A model generated the notes under the pieces. The model was given only the letters and a program-made list of their open reading frames with translations. It was not told the DNA's origin and made no database searches. A program made the position numbers and the translations under genes. This document shows, in pieces, positions 1 through 11,735 of a stretch of 64,000 nt of DNA (the first letter of the stretch is position 1; each line of letters starts with the position of its first letter). The stretch is from Narcine bancroftii (taxonomy: Eukaryota): contig NC_091470.1 of NCBI RefSeq assembly GCF_036971445.1, forward strand, positions 96,968,001 to 97,032,000, read 5' to 3'.

Positions 1-716
1 CCAATTAATATATTTTTCTGGTAGGTTGTACCTCTGTAATACTTTGAATAAATAATTCCATTCTACCCTGTCAAAGGCTTTTTACAGCCACTGTTGGTAT
101 CTTATTTCCTTGAACTGCATGAATTAAATTAATGAACTTACAGACATTATCCGCTGTTCGTCTTTTCTTAATAAATCCAGTTTGATCTTGTTTTATTATT
201 TTTGGTTCACAGTCGGCCAATCTGTTTGCTAATAATTTTGCTATTATCTTATAATCTGAATTAAGTAGAGATATTGGTCTGTATGATGCTGGTGTTAATG
301 GATCCTTCCCCATCTTTGGTATTACTGTAATTATTGCTTTCTTACATGAATCTGGCAAGTTTTGTGTTTCTTCTATCTGGTTCATTACTTCCAGGAGAGG
401 AGGAATTAATAACTCTTTAAATGTTTTATAGAATTCTATTGGGAATCCATCCTCTCCAGGCATTTTATTGTTCGCAGCTTTTTTAATATATCTTGTATAT
501 TTCAAATGGTTTTATCAGTTTGTTTTGCTCCACTTCTTGCAATTTTGGCAGTTCAATTTTAGCTAAAAACTCATCTATTTTGTCTTCTTTCCCCTCATTC
601 TCAGTTTGGTATAATTGTTCATAAAATTCCTTAAAGTTCTCATTAATCTCCATTGGATTATATGTAATTTGTTTGTCCTTTTTCCTTGATGCCAATACAG
701 TTGTTTTAGCTTGTAC
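1..716 (-). mobile_element. L1-clade LINE ORF2 fragment (linker and N-terminal RT), frameshifted
   Basis: ORFs contain PGEDGFPIEFYK, SYRPISLLNSDYKIIAKLLANRL and QDQTGFIK. Same family as 46195-48220 (shared 'aacctaccaga.aaatatattaattgg'). Confidence 0.9.
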
Positions 717-904
717 CTTGGGCAAGGTTTGAGGAGGTTTACCAAGATGAAATTAGAAGAGGTTGAACCTGAAAATTTTGTTTGAAAAATGAAGAACAAT
801 GAAAGTCGAGTCAAATAGTTCTTCTGACGTGTGAATCAGTATCTTGATGAAATATATTTAAAATAACAGGCAAAAGAGAGTAAAAGGGAAATGAGGTGAA
901 ATAT

Positions 905-1075
905 TTGGTGCCTGGATACCTTCCCAGGGCTAGTGATGGAGGCTGAAACAATGGGAGCTTTTAAGAGACTCTTAGACAGGCACATGGATGAAAGAAAAAT
1001 AAAGGGTTACAAGGTAGGGAGGGTTTGGTTATTTTGGTAGGAATATATATGTTGGCACCACATCGGGGGCCTATG
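905..1075 (+). mobile_element. CR1 LINE 3' end fragment
   Basis: Matches the CR1 tails at 14350-15050 and 25675-26045 ('ttaagagactcttagacaggcacatggatgaaagaaaaata'). Confidence 0.7.
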
Positions 1076-1705
1076 TTAGAAGGTACTGGAGCCGGTCATG
1101 CGCACTAATTCATGTTGCCATTTTGCAGACCTGCTGCAGCGAGAAAGTTTGTGGAGGAAGGAATCAAGACTTTGGATGGTATGATTTTTAAACCCATTTA
1201 TTCTTATTGCTAAAATAGTAGGTAATAATTTTGTAAAATAATTCATAAAAAATGCTACCAATAAATAAGGATATAAAAACCTATCTACAATCCATGCTGT
1301 CAGAATCATATCATATTTTAATATTCTGTTACTGAATAACATTTCTGTAGTGAAAAGCAAAAATCTGCAGATGCTGGAGATTAACAATAGAAAATGCTGG
1401 AAATGTGCAAAGCAGCAGGCATCGGGAGAGAAAAACAGACTTCAAGTTTCATCTCCTTCTTGCCAATAAAGCATTTATGTACCTTGAAGTCTAAGTGGTG
1501 ATTAATGATTTGAAATGTAATTTTTTTTAAAAATGTAGATCTGAGGGAAAATGAACATATACTCAATTATCATCAGCGGATTGGCCTGAAGTAAGTGCTT
1601 TTGTGGTAAAGTTTTCATAATTTGCAGCATGGAATTGAACATTAATGGCGTAAGATTTGGGGCAACAGGGAAGAAACATGAAAGTCTGCAGATGATGTGT
1701 TTGTA

Positions 1706-2054
1706 CAGGTGCACAATCCCTTTATTTGGACATCTAAAATCTGGAAAGCTCCAAAAACCGTTATTTTTTTTTCTGTGCTGGTACAGCGGAGGGAGAGAGA
1801 GACGGCAGCATGACTAGGTTGGGTGGGGGCAGAGACAGCAGTGCGATTCGGGTGGGCGAGGGGGGGGAGAGATGGCGGCGTGACGAGGTTGGGTGGGGGA
1901 GAGACAGCAGCGCGACTTGGGTGGGCAAGGGGGGGAGAGAGATGGCAGCGCAACTCAGGCGGGTTGGGGGGGACTTTTGTTCTGAAATCTGGAAAAATCT
2001 GAAATTTGGAACACACTGTCCCCTGAGGGTTCCATATAAAGGATTGTGTACCTG
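1706..2054 (+). mobile_element. Tc1/mariner (Tigger/pogo-like) MITE, copy 1, with internal G-rich tandem repeat
   Basis: TIRs CAGGTGCACAATCCCTTTAT / ATAAAGGATTGTGTACCTG, with TA on the left. Inserted into a Penelope-type terminal repeat that resumes at 2056. Confidence 0.85.
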
Positions 2055-2055
2055 T

Positions 2056-2260
2056 GGTAAAAACACCCAGAAATGCTGGAGGAACTCAGCTGGTCTCGCA
2101 GTATTCATAGGAGGTATATATCACCGACGTTTCAAGAAATAAGCAAAGAGCAGGAAGGCATCAGAATAAAGACTGAAGACTGGCCAGTGAGACCAGACCA
2201 ACTAAAGGTTTTAATAGGATATGATAAGAGGAGAAGTGAGGATTGATTTTTGGCTCCAAG
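2056..2260. mobile_element. Penelope-derived terminal repeat fragment
   Basis: 'aaaaacacccagaaatgctggaggaactcagc...caggaaggcatcagaataaagactg', similar to 22414, 35295 and 59720. Confidence 0.65.
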
Positions 2261-2919
2261 ATGCACCGTGAATTTGAGGTTGGGGTGGAAGTTGGCAGCA
2301 AAGTGGATGACGTCGACAAGCTCCTTGTGGATGCATGAGGCAGCACAAAAGTGTAATGGAGGAAGAGTTGATGGACCTTGCCAGTGTAGGCTTGTAGCAT
2401 GGATTGCTCCATGTAGCCAACTGAAGGCCAGGCATAGTTGGGGAGTGTGAGGAACTGTTTGCTTGCTTTATGTTATTGAAATGTCTACAAATATAATATA
2501 ACAAAATGAATCCAAAATGAAAATGCTTCAAATGCTGGAACATTAAAATGAAACATAAATGCTGGAAATACTTGGGAATCAGGCAATAGAATAAAGGCCT
2601 TTCATCTCAGCTGGGAAAATTGGGGGTAAAATGTTTTAAAATGTAATGAAAGGTGGGTTGAGTTTGGCAGAAGGGTACAGAGAAGAAGTGAAAATCCCCG
2701 ATGGGGTTTACCTCCTGAATTTTTTTGTTCATTGCTGAAGCCTTTTTGCCACATAATCTCTGTTGCTATAACCTTGTAATGCACAGTATTTGTGTCAAAA
2801 TGATCTCCACATGATTTTACAAAATTAACACTTTCAGAAAATGGACAGGTGGGTATATAGTCTCTTAAATCTGGAGATATAGACTGAAGGGCATCTTTGT
2901 AATCATAGCCTTGCGACTA

Positions 2920-3370
2920 ATTCGAAGAGCATGTTGCTTGAAGAAAGGTTGAGTGAGCTTGGGCTTTTTTTTTGGAGTGATAGAGGATGAGAGGTGACTA
3001 AATGGAGGTGTATAGGATTATGAGAGGCAAGGATAGGTGGACAAGCCACTCCTTTCTTCCAGGGTGGCAATAGCCAGTACCAGAGGACATCTGTTTCAGG
3101 TGTTTGGGGAGGGAAAGTTTAAAGAGATATCAGAGTTAGGTCTTTTACATAGAAAGTGGTGGTAGATACCTGGAATGCATTTCTGGAGTTCGTGGTGGAG
3201 ACTGATATAATTGCAGCATTTAGAAGACTCTTGGATAGGCACGTAGATGTAAGAAAAATGGAAAGTTATGTGCTGTGAGGGAGAGATTAGTTGATGTGGA
3301 GTAGGTTTATCTAGGTCAGCACGACATTGTGGGCTGAAGGTTCCCTACTATGCTTTACTGTTCTATGTTC
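2920..3370 (+). mobile_element. CR1 LINE 3' fragment
   Basis: 'ggatgagaggtgactaaatggaggtgtataggattatgagagg' (RMRGDLIEVYKIM-type motif), ending in the 'ttctatgttcta' tail. Confidence 0.75.
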
Positions 3371-3657
3371 TAATTTTTAAAGTTTTGCCTTTTCCATTAT
3401 AGGAGCAGGAAGGTCAAAGTTTTATTGGATTTCAGTATTCAGCTGACCATCTTGTTTTGCTCCTTGGTTAATATGCAAATGTTGGATAGTTCTTCTTTCA
3501 TTCTGTTCATTTTTAATGCCATCCTGTTATTTACATTAACCACATAAATGTAAGACCCGTGCATTTTATCTGAATATTTAATGAATAGACATTTCCCTTA
3601 ATAAAAGAATTTGCTTGAAAATGAATGTTTGCTCAGTTGTTTTATTTATCTCTGTAG

Positions 3658-3712
3658 ATATTTTGAAGATTTTGAAAAGCGAATTCCTCGGGCAGAAATG
3701 CTGAAACTGCAG
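3658..3712 (+). CDS. POLB: DNA polymerase beta, coding exon equivalent to human exon 8 (55 nt)
   Basis: Acceptor tctgtag|, donor |gtaagg. Translates (K)YFEDFEKRIPRAEMLKLQ, matching human Pol beta YFGDFEKRIPREEMLQMQ. Upstream exons lie before the window. Confidence 0.96.
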
Positions 3713-4374
3713 GTAAGGCCAGCTTAAATCGCACCTGGCCCTAATGCAGGGGTCTCTCCCTGAAATGCCAAATTTTGCTTGGCTTCCAAAGATGCTGACT
3801 GACCCGCTGTGTTTGTCTAGCAGCTTTCTTCTATCTTTAAACTGCATCTGATGATTCAGTAAAGTCTTCTTGTGAAGCTTGTGCATTTGACAAGCATCAG
3901 GCTCGGATAATATTGTGTAACTGTGGATCCTATTGGATAGAAAATATTTCCACAGATCCCAGCTGCTTTCTTTTGTATACCCCTCATTCAGCTGATAAAT
4001 GCTAATGCATCTCTCTTATTTTCTCAAGACTATCTATAAAACTCCAAACTTCAAACCTTGGAATTATTCTAGTAAACCTCCATGCTTTTACAAAAGTGTG
4101 GTGCTTAGAAATTGATATCCCTAATTGGTTTTGAACAAATGTTTTTGTATCATTTTAGCATTATTTACCAACTTGTGCTTTGTGCCTTTGATAATAAAGT
4201 CCAAGATCCCATATTTCATGAGTGAATGTCAATGTGATATGTCATCTTCATAGAATTGTAGACCAATCATCCCTTTTAAAATCTACCCTTAAAATTCTAG
4301 TAGTTGCTCCTCCCTATAAATCTTGCTAAAAATTATCTGCTATCACGTCAAATTTATGTCTTGAATTTCCTGTG

Positions 4375-4545
4375 GGAAGTGGTGTAGCTAGTAGAGCCTC
4401 TGCCTGTCAGTATCGAAGACCCACGTTCAATTCTGACCTTGGGTGGTGTCTGCGTGAAGTTTGCATGTTTTCCCTGTGACCAGTGAGTTTCTTCTAGGTT
4501 CTCTTGGGGGGGGGGGGGGGGGAAATGCTATGTAGTGTGTAGTGG
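4375..4545 (+). mobile_element. tRNA-derived V-SINE (HE1-like)
   Basis: A/B-box-like head 'ggtgtagctagtagag...gttcaattc' and V-domain-like 'gtgaagtttgcatgttttccctgtgacc'. Confidence 0.6.
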
Positions 4546-4744
4546 GAGATTCCTTGTACAAAGAATTAGAGGGGACCCAAGTCCTGGATGTATGTTTTAT
4601 CTCTCTTGGGAGGGAATATTCACGATTATGTTGATATGATCTGAAGTATTGTCCAAGCAAGCTGTCTAAAATAAGCTTTTTGTCCGTTACTTGTACTTCC
4701 TCTGAGGTGATTGCAGTTAACAGCTTCTTAAAAATATCTGCGAT

Positions 4745-5388
4745 CCTCGGGTCTGCGCCCAAGATGGTGGTGCCTGTGGTCAGCAGCAGCCACAAGGGGT
4801 TGCAGACTCCAGGAAAGGAAGGAGTGGCACAGGGTACCAGAAAACAGGGAGAACCCCCACCCTCCATATGAGGAAAAGCAGAGGACATGACTCATAGTCC
4901 CGTGATCATGGCGGCAGATCAGTGAGGAGCTCTGCAGCTGAAAGACCCACACGTGCGGCAGCGGGCTGCTGGTGACTGAAGGCGAGGAACCCACAGAGGA
5001 TGCGGGTGCGGACTGCTGGAGACTGGCTCAAAACTGGCTAAAGGGGTGCCAGGTATCGGAACTGGGATGTGAGAGGGCACTGAAGGATTCCTGTTTGTAT
5101 TGGAGGATCAGATCTGCAGCTCAGGTTGCCGTTGGTTTGGACTGCACTCTATGTGGCTACAGGAGTGCTGGAGGCCAATTTACGGACACTCAGTGACTCG
5201 GGGGAGAACCCTCTTTTGCTTCTTTCTCTGACTGTAAGAGGCACTTCAGGCAGTTTCTGCCGATGGCGAATCTGTCTGCGTTACAGCAGGCAAAAGCAAT
5301 TTCGTGTTATTACCATGGCGATAAATTGAATCTTTACAGCAGGCAAAAGCAATTTTGTGTTATTACCATGGCGATAAATTGAATCTTA
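4745..5388 (+). mobile_element. Non-autonomous retroelement with Rex1/Babar-like tail, copy 1
   Basis: Starts near CAAGATGGTGG and ends '...ggcgaatctgt...ataaattgaatctt'. Its 3' end is homologous to 27796-28633 in the opposite orientation. Confidence 0.6.
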
Positions 5389-5537
5389 TTAAAATCATGG
5401 CTTCATCTTCATTTCTTTAATTGCTCTTTCAACTAATATTCCATCATGTTCTATATGCCTCAAAATTCTCTTTCCCCACAGCAAATGTTTGTGAAGCATA
5501 TTCCAATAGCCTGTTCTGTGCTTTTCATTGGTTCACT

Positions 5538-5753
5538 TGAATGCACTATGAACTGTCAATTGTCCATTGATTAAGGAATTTTGTACCCTCTCTCTACTTT
5601 CCCTTATTGGTGTTGGTGAAAATGGAGATAGTGTGAGAGCCATGAGCCTTCCTTGTCATTTAGCAAGGTGATGGCTTGATCAGCTTGCTAAATGACAAGG
5701 AAGGGTACAAAATTCCTTTATCAATGGACAATTGACAGTTCATAGTGCATTCA
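5538..5753. repeat. Nested inverted repeat (52-bp and 21-bp arms)
   Basis: 5538-5589 is the reverse complement of 5702-5753 (1 mismatch); 5647-5667 is the perfect reverse complement of 5684-5704. Confidence 0.9.
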
Positions 5754-6080
5754 GAATATATCCATTCACTAACATCTACTATCTTTAGGTAGAGTATTGC
5801 CAATTCACCAACCTCTAAATCATGTCTCATTGTCACAGTCCTGAATGGCCAACTGCATATTCTACTCCTAGTTTTCGTCATTCATCCAAAGTATTTAATC
5901 TCTTTCAGAATTTTCACCAAAGCCTTGTTTTTCAGCTTGTTACAGCTCTCATAGGGTAATGATGACGTTGAATTTTATTGCTTTAGAGTTGTAGTGAATT
6001 GAAGATCTGGCATAGATCACACCCAGAGCTGTGACTTATCTCATGAATTATAATTATTTTTGTCACCCTCTACTCTTTAG

Positions 6081-6153
6081 GCTATAGTTCTGTCGGAGGT
6101 GGAAAAACTAGATCCTAAATACGTTGCCACCGTTTGTGGCAGTTTCCGACGAG
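6081..6153 (+). CDS. POLB: DNA polymerase beta, exon 9 (73 nt)
   Basis: Acceptor ctctttag|, donor |gttggt. Translates AIVLSEVEKLDPKYVATVCGSFRR(G), including the GSFRRG motif with R183. Confidence 0.97.
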
Positions 6154-7797
6154 GTTGGTGCATTCTTCATTTAGCATTATCAATAAAAACAAATGAGATA
6201 CTTGCTCTTGTGGCTATTGTTGCGTGAAAGATGGTATATGAATCGTAAAAATGTCAGCCCAAAACCAGAGGTCGTCTTGTAAGCCAAGTGTAAAATCCGA
6301 ACCTTAACAGCGAAGTCTTGGTGTTTTTCCCCTTCCTGCCAAGTATAAAATCCGAATCTCAACACCGAAGTCTCAGCGCTCCCCTGTGGGGTCCATCTGC
6401 CCAATTCGACTGCCATCGGCTCTGTACAGCCTTTGAAAGGCTTGTTAAAGGTGCCGACGATGGTTTATTTTAAAATATGGTAATAAAATTGAACCTTGAC
6501 TGGGTAATTTACTTTTAAAATATTGTGACTGCATCACTTCCTTCCAGTGGTAAGTGCCAGATCTGGAGAAATTTTATACAGGAAGTGTAGCTCAAAACCT
6601 ACATTTTAACGGGAAATTCTGGGGGTGGGAACATCTTATACCCCAGCATGTGCGGTAATCCAAGATTCCCTTTTGATTATTTAACTACTTTCTCACCTCC
6701 TCGAAAGATCACTGGAAATGTCACCTATTCTTTTTATGTTGTCTGTGTTAAAGTTAAGAGTCTGAAATGGAAGTTACTAAAAGTGGAATGGCTTCACAAT
6801 AAATATTTCAACCATTTCTAATAAGGAAGTCACTTTTTAGCAAAACTAACTCGATTTCGACAGTAAAAGAAGTTTGGATAGGTACATGGGTGTGTATGGA
6901 GGGCTATGATACAAGTGTAGGTCCGTGGAACTAAGCAGAATAATAGTTTGGCAGAGATTAGAAGGGCTGGAGCAATGTTTTGGTGCTCTAGAGCTCTATG
7001 ACTCTAAATCCCAAGTACTTGCTACAATTAAAAAAAAAGGCATGCTTTCTTTTATCTTTGTTGCCAGTCAAGTTTATTCTATGATCTTTGGTGATTTCCC
7101 TGAACACCACTGACTGTCTCATATTTAATTTTTTTTCTGATTCCCTTGCAATCCATGCCACTTATTTGTCACTAACCAGCCTATTGATATGGTGTTTCCT
7201 TTATATATATGACTATTCCCTTGTCGTTCAGTATGGCTCTAGGTTTTAAGTCATCTGTACACTTGGAACATGCTCTGCAAATTCAAATCATTGATATAAA
7301 GCAAAATTATGGTCCTAGTACCAACCTCTGGGGAATTCTATATACTTCCACCAATCTCAAAAGCAAGTTTGCTATATTTGATTCATCAAGAAAATAGGAG
7401 AATGAGTTAAGAACTGTGAATATTGGTAAATTGACAGAAATGTTTCCGACCTTGAGTGTGCAAGTTGAAGATAAAATTAAAGATTTAAATTAAAAAACCC
7501 CTACATATTTGCAGTGAACATTATTCAGGGCGAGCGCAGAATGGGACTGGGTGAGTGCTGACTGTGATCAATCATGGGACTTAAAGAGTTAGGAACATTA
7601 TTGGAAATGTAATGCCACTAGTTTTATTGTCTTTGTTCATTTGTGAACAAAGAAAATAACTTTCATATTAGGAAAATTTGTGATATTTTCCTATCCATTA
7701 AAAAGAAAATTGTTTAAATACTATGAAATTTAGAAATGTTAACCAGTATGGATGAGAAGAATGATTCCTTGTGTTTCTTTTCTCCTTTTGTCTTCAG

Positions 7798-7868
7798 GTG
7801 CTGAGTCCAGTGGTGATATGGATATTCTTTTGACTCATCCAGACTATACTTCAGAATCTTTAAAAAGA
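7798..7868 (+). CDS. POLB: DNA polymerase beta, exon 10 (71 nt), catalytic D190/D192
   Basis: Acceptor tcttcag|, donor |gtaagt. Translates GAESSGDMDILLTHPDYTSESLKR. Confidence 0.97.
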
Positions 7869-7884
7869 GTAAGTTTTAATTACC

Positions 7885-8157
7885 TCTTCTTCTTTGGCTT
7901 GGCTTCGTGGACGAAGATTTATGGAGGGGTCAGCTGCAGGCTCGTTTGTGGCTGACAAGTCCGATGCGGGACAGGCAGACATGGTTGTAGCGGTTGCAGG
8001 GGAAAATTGGTTGGTTGGGGTTTTTCCTCCTTTGTCTTTTGTCAGTGAGGTGGGCTCTGCGGTCTTCTTCAAAGGAGGTTGCTGCCCGCCGAACTGTGAG
8101 GCGCCAAGATGCATGGTTTGAGGCGATATCAGCCCACTGGCGGTGGTCAATGTGGTG
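7885..8157 (-). mobile_element. RTE-clade LINE 3' end
   Basis: Minus-strand ORF HIDHRQWADIASNHASWRLTVRR...FPCNRYNHVCLSRIGLVSHKRACS (RTE C-terminal Zn-finger-like SRIGL.SH), with a short 3' UTR ending gccaagccaaagaagaag. Confidence 0.8.
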
Positions 8158-8394
8158 TACATAAATCCCAAGGTAAGGTGATAATAGTAGAATGCAATTC
8201 ATAGAGTCCAACACTGAACTACATCAAGTTCAAATTTATTATCATCTAATTATACAAATACAACCTGGCAAAACAGTGTCCTCCAGTCCTCGGTTAAAAA
8301 ACATGCAGATATACATCCAGGCATAGCACACATACAGGAAAATTACATGGTGGAGGGGTAGCAACTATTCATGAACCTGGTAGTACAAGTTTTA

Positions 8395-10365
8395 GAGCAT
8401 TATAACCATTTACGGAGCGGTAACAGACCATGTCAGCCTTTCGAGTCCGCACCAGTTCACTAGAACAACTCCACTAGCTCAAACCTCCCTCTCTCCGCCA
8501 ATAACCCTCCAACCCTATCACCTCCATGTACACATCCAACCTTCTCTTAAATGACAGAAGGGACCCTGCCACAACTATCTCATTCGGAAGTTCATTCCAT
8601 TCTGCCACCACTCGCTGAGTGAAAAAGCCACCTCTAATATTTCTCCTGAAGTGTTGCCCCCTTACCCTTAACTTATGGCCTCTTGTTCCAACCTCCCCTG
8701 CCCTCAGGGGATAGAGTCTGTTTAGTCTATCTATTCCTTTCATAATTTTAAATACCTCTATCAAGTCCCCTCTCAGTCATCTACATTCCAATGAATAAAC
8801 TCCAGTCTCCTTAATCTCACCCTGTAATCCAGATAACATCCTTGTAAAGCTTCTCTGCACCCTCTCCACCTTATCTAGATCCTTTCTGTAATTTGGAGAC
8901 CAAAACTGAGCACAGTACTCCAAACCTGGCCTCAATGTCTTAAACAGCTGCAGCATCACCTCCCAGTTCCTATACTCTATACTATGATTTACAAAGGCCA
9001 GCATACCATATGCCTTTTTAACCACCCTGTCTACATGGGAATCCACCTTCAGTGAACTTTGTACCATAACCCCCAGGTCCCTTTGCTCCTCTGCATGCCT
9101 CAATGCCCTCCCCTTAACTCTCTATGTCCTATTCTGGTTATTTTTACCTAAATGCAACACCTCACACTTGTCTACATTGAATTCCATCTGCCATCTTTCA
9201 GCCCACTCTTCCAAACAAACCAAATCCTGCTGTAATCCAAGAAAATCTACCTCACTATCCACCACTTCCCCTATTTTCGTATCATCCATATATTTGCTTA
9301 CCCATTTAACCACACCATCCTCTAAATCATTAATATAAATGATAAACAACAAGGGATCCAGCACCGATCCCTAGGCACCCCGCTTGTCACAGGCTTCCAA
9401 CATGACCTACAGTTGTCCACCATGACTCTCTGCTGTCTATCTCCCAGCCACCTCTGAACTCATGTCACAATCTTTCTACTAATTCCCAGTGACTTAACCT
9501 TCCTTATTAACCTTCCATGCAGAACCTTATCAAAACCCTTACTAAAATCCAAATAGATCACATCCACCGCTCTACCTTCATCCATCTTTTTTGCCACTTT
9601 CTCAAAAAACTCAACAAGGTTCGTCAAACATGACTTTCCTTTTTCAAACCCATGCTGGGTGCCCCTAATCAATTCCTGCCTATCCAGATATGCATATATA
9701 CTATCTCGAAGAATACCCTCCATAACCTTCCCCACCACTGAAGTTAAACTTACTGGCCGATAATTACTTGTCCTACACCTACTGCCTTTTTTGAACAATG
9801 GAACAACATTTGCAACCTTCCAATCCTGTGGTACCACCCCCTCCTCCAGTGATCTTTGAAAAATCACTCAGTGCCCCCGCTATTTGTTCCCCGACCTCCA
9901 TTAAAGTCCTGGGAAAAATCCCATCAGGACCAGGAGACTTATCCACCTTAATTGACCCTAGAAGCTCCAAAACTTTCGCTTTACTAATCCCTATCCTCTC
10001 CATAACTAAACCCTTTGCCTCTCTTATCTCATATAGCTCAATGTCCCTTTCCCTTGTGAATACGGATGAGAAAAAGTTGTCCAATATTTCTCCCATCTCA
10101 TACGGTTCTTGACATAGTTCACCGGCCCCATCATCCAGTGGACCTATTCTATCCTTAACCCTCCTTTTATACTGTTCACATATCTGTAAAAATCCTTAGG
10201 ATTCACCTTCACCTTATTAGCTATGGACATCTCATACCTTCTTTTTGCCTTTCTAATTTCCCTCTTAAGCTTCTTCCTGCAATCTAAGTAATGACCATAC
10301 ATCTCCTCAATCCCTTGTTTTTTATATTTGGTATAGGCCTCCCTCTTGTCCCAAACCAACTGCAT
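8395..10365 (-). mobile_element. 5'-truncated CR1 LINE (ORF2 RT), frameshifted
   Basis: ORFs contain KSPGPDGIFPR, NYRPVSLTSVVGK, QHGF..GKSCLTNL, YLDFSKGFDKV, YMDDTKIG, RPGLEYCAQFWSP and FFTQRVV. Confidence 0.93.
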
Positions 10366-10889
10366 CTCTTTCCTGATGTTTTTCTAGGTATTTTGTGACA
10401 AACATAAACTTAAAAATGTTAAAAGTGGCAGATTGAATTTAACTTGGAAAAAAATGTGATGTTTTACTTTGGTAGATTAAGCCAGGACAGGACTAACAAG
10501 ATGGAGTTCTAGCAAGTGCTGTAGAGCAAAGGTTTTAGGGTATAAGTGCTTGGGTCCATGAAAGTTGTAACACAGTTAGGGTGATGTGCTTGCCTTTGTC
10601 AGTCATGGCATAATTCAGTACAGGAGCAGTGTGTTAATGTTACATTTGTACAAAACTTTGAGACTGCACTTAATTATTAAGTTGAAAAGAGTGCAGAAAG
10701 GGTAAAGGATGACTGTCTAAAATCTTCAGAGGGGTATAGAAGGTAAATAATCATAGGCTTTTCTCTCTAGGATAGGGGAACTTAAAATTAGAGGGCAAAG
10801 ATACTTTAGTGAGAGGGAAAAGATATAAAAAGGACCTAAGGGGTGCCTTCTTCACAAGGTGATGGGGACATCAAAATTAGTTTGCTTGC

Positions 10890-11735
10890 ATTTTGTGAAT
10901 GACTATGTGGTGAGGCACAATTTTAATGCTATCTACAAATATCCTGATGATACCATGGTTGTCGGCAGAATCATAGACGGCTATGAGGAAGTGTATAGGA
11001 GCGAGATAGATCAGCTGATTGAGTGGTGTCACAACAACAACTTTGCACTCAATGTTAGCAAAACCAAGGAGATGAATGTGGGCTTCAGAAGGAAGTCAGG
11101 AGACATGAACCAGACCTCATTGAGGGGTCGTTAATGGAGAAGGTCAAGAACTTCAAATTCCTGGGTGTCAACATCTCCGAGGATCTGTCCTGGAGCCTCC
11201 ATGTCAATTCAATCACAAAGGCTTGCTAATAGCCATACTTACAAAGTTTGAGGAGATTCGGTATGTCACCGAATTCTCTAGATGTATCGTGGAGAGGATT
11301 TTGGCTGGTTGTATCACTGCCTGGTACGGAGGTGCCAACTCTCAGGACAAGAATAAAACTTCAGGTTTGTTAACTCAGACTGCGACATCACTGGCACCGG
11401 TCTTCACTCCATCGATGACATCTACAAGAGGCGATGTCATAAGAAAGCAGCCTCTACCCTCCAGGACACCACCATCCAGGCTGTGCCCTCTGCACTCTGC
11501 TACCAACAGGGAAAAAGGTACAGGAGGCTGAGGTACAGCGGCTCAAGGACAGTTTCTTCCCCACTGCCATCAGATCCTGAATAATCAATGAACCAAAGAC
11601 ACTGCCTTACTTTTCATGCTCTCTTATTATTATTTTTTATAATAATTTTGTAAGATTGTTATAATATGAATGTTTGCTCTATGATGCTGCCACAAAACAC
11701 TGAATTTCATGACTTGTTCATGCCAATAAATTCTG
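10890..11735 (+). mobile_element. Rex1/Babar LINE 3' portion
   Basis: ORFs contain YKYPDDTMVVGRI, WCHNNNFALNVSKTKEM and ILAGCITAWYG; tail 'caataaattctg'. Confidence 0.85.
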
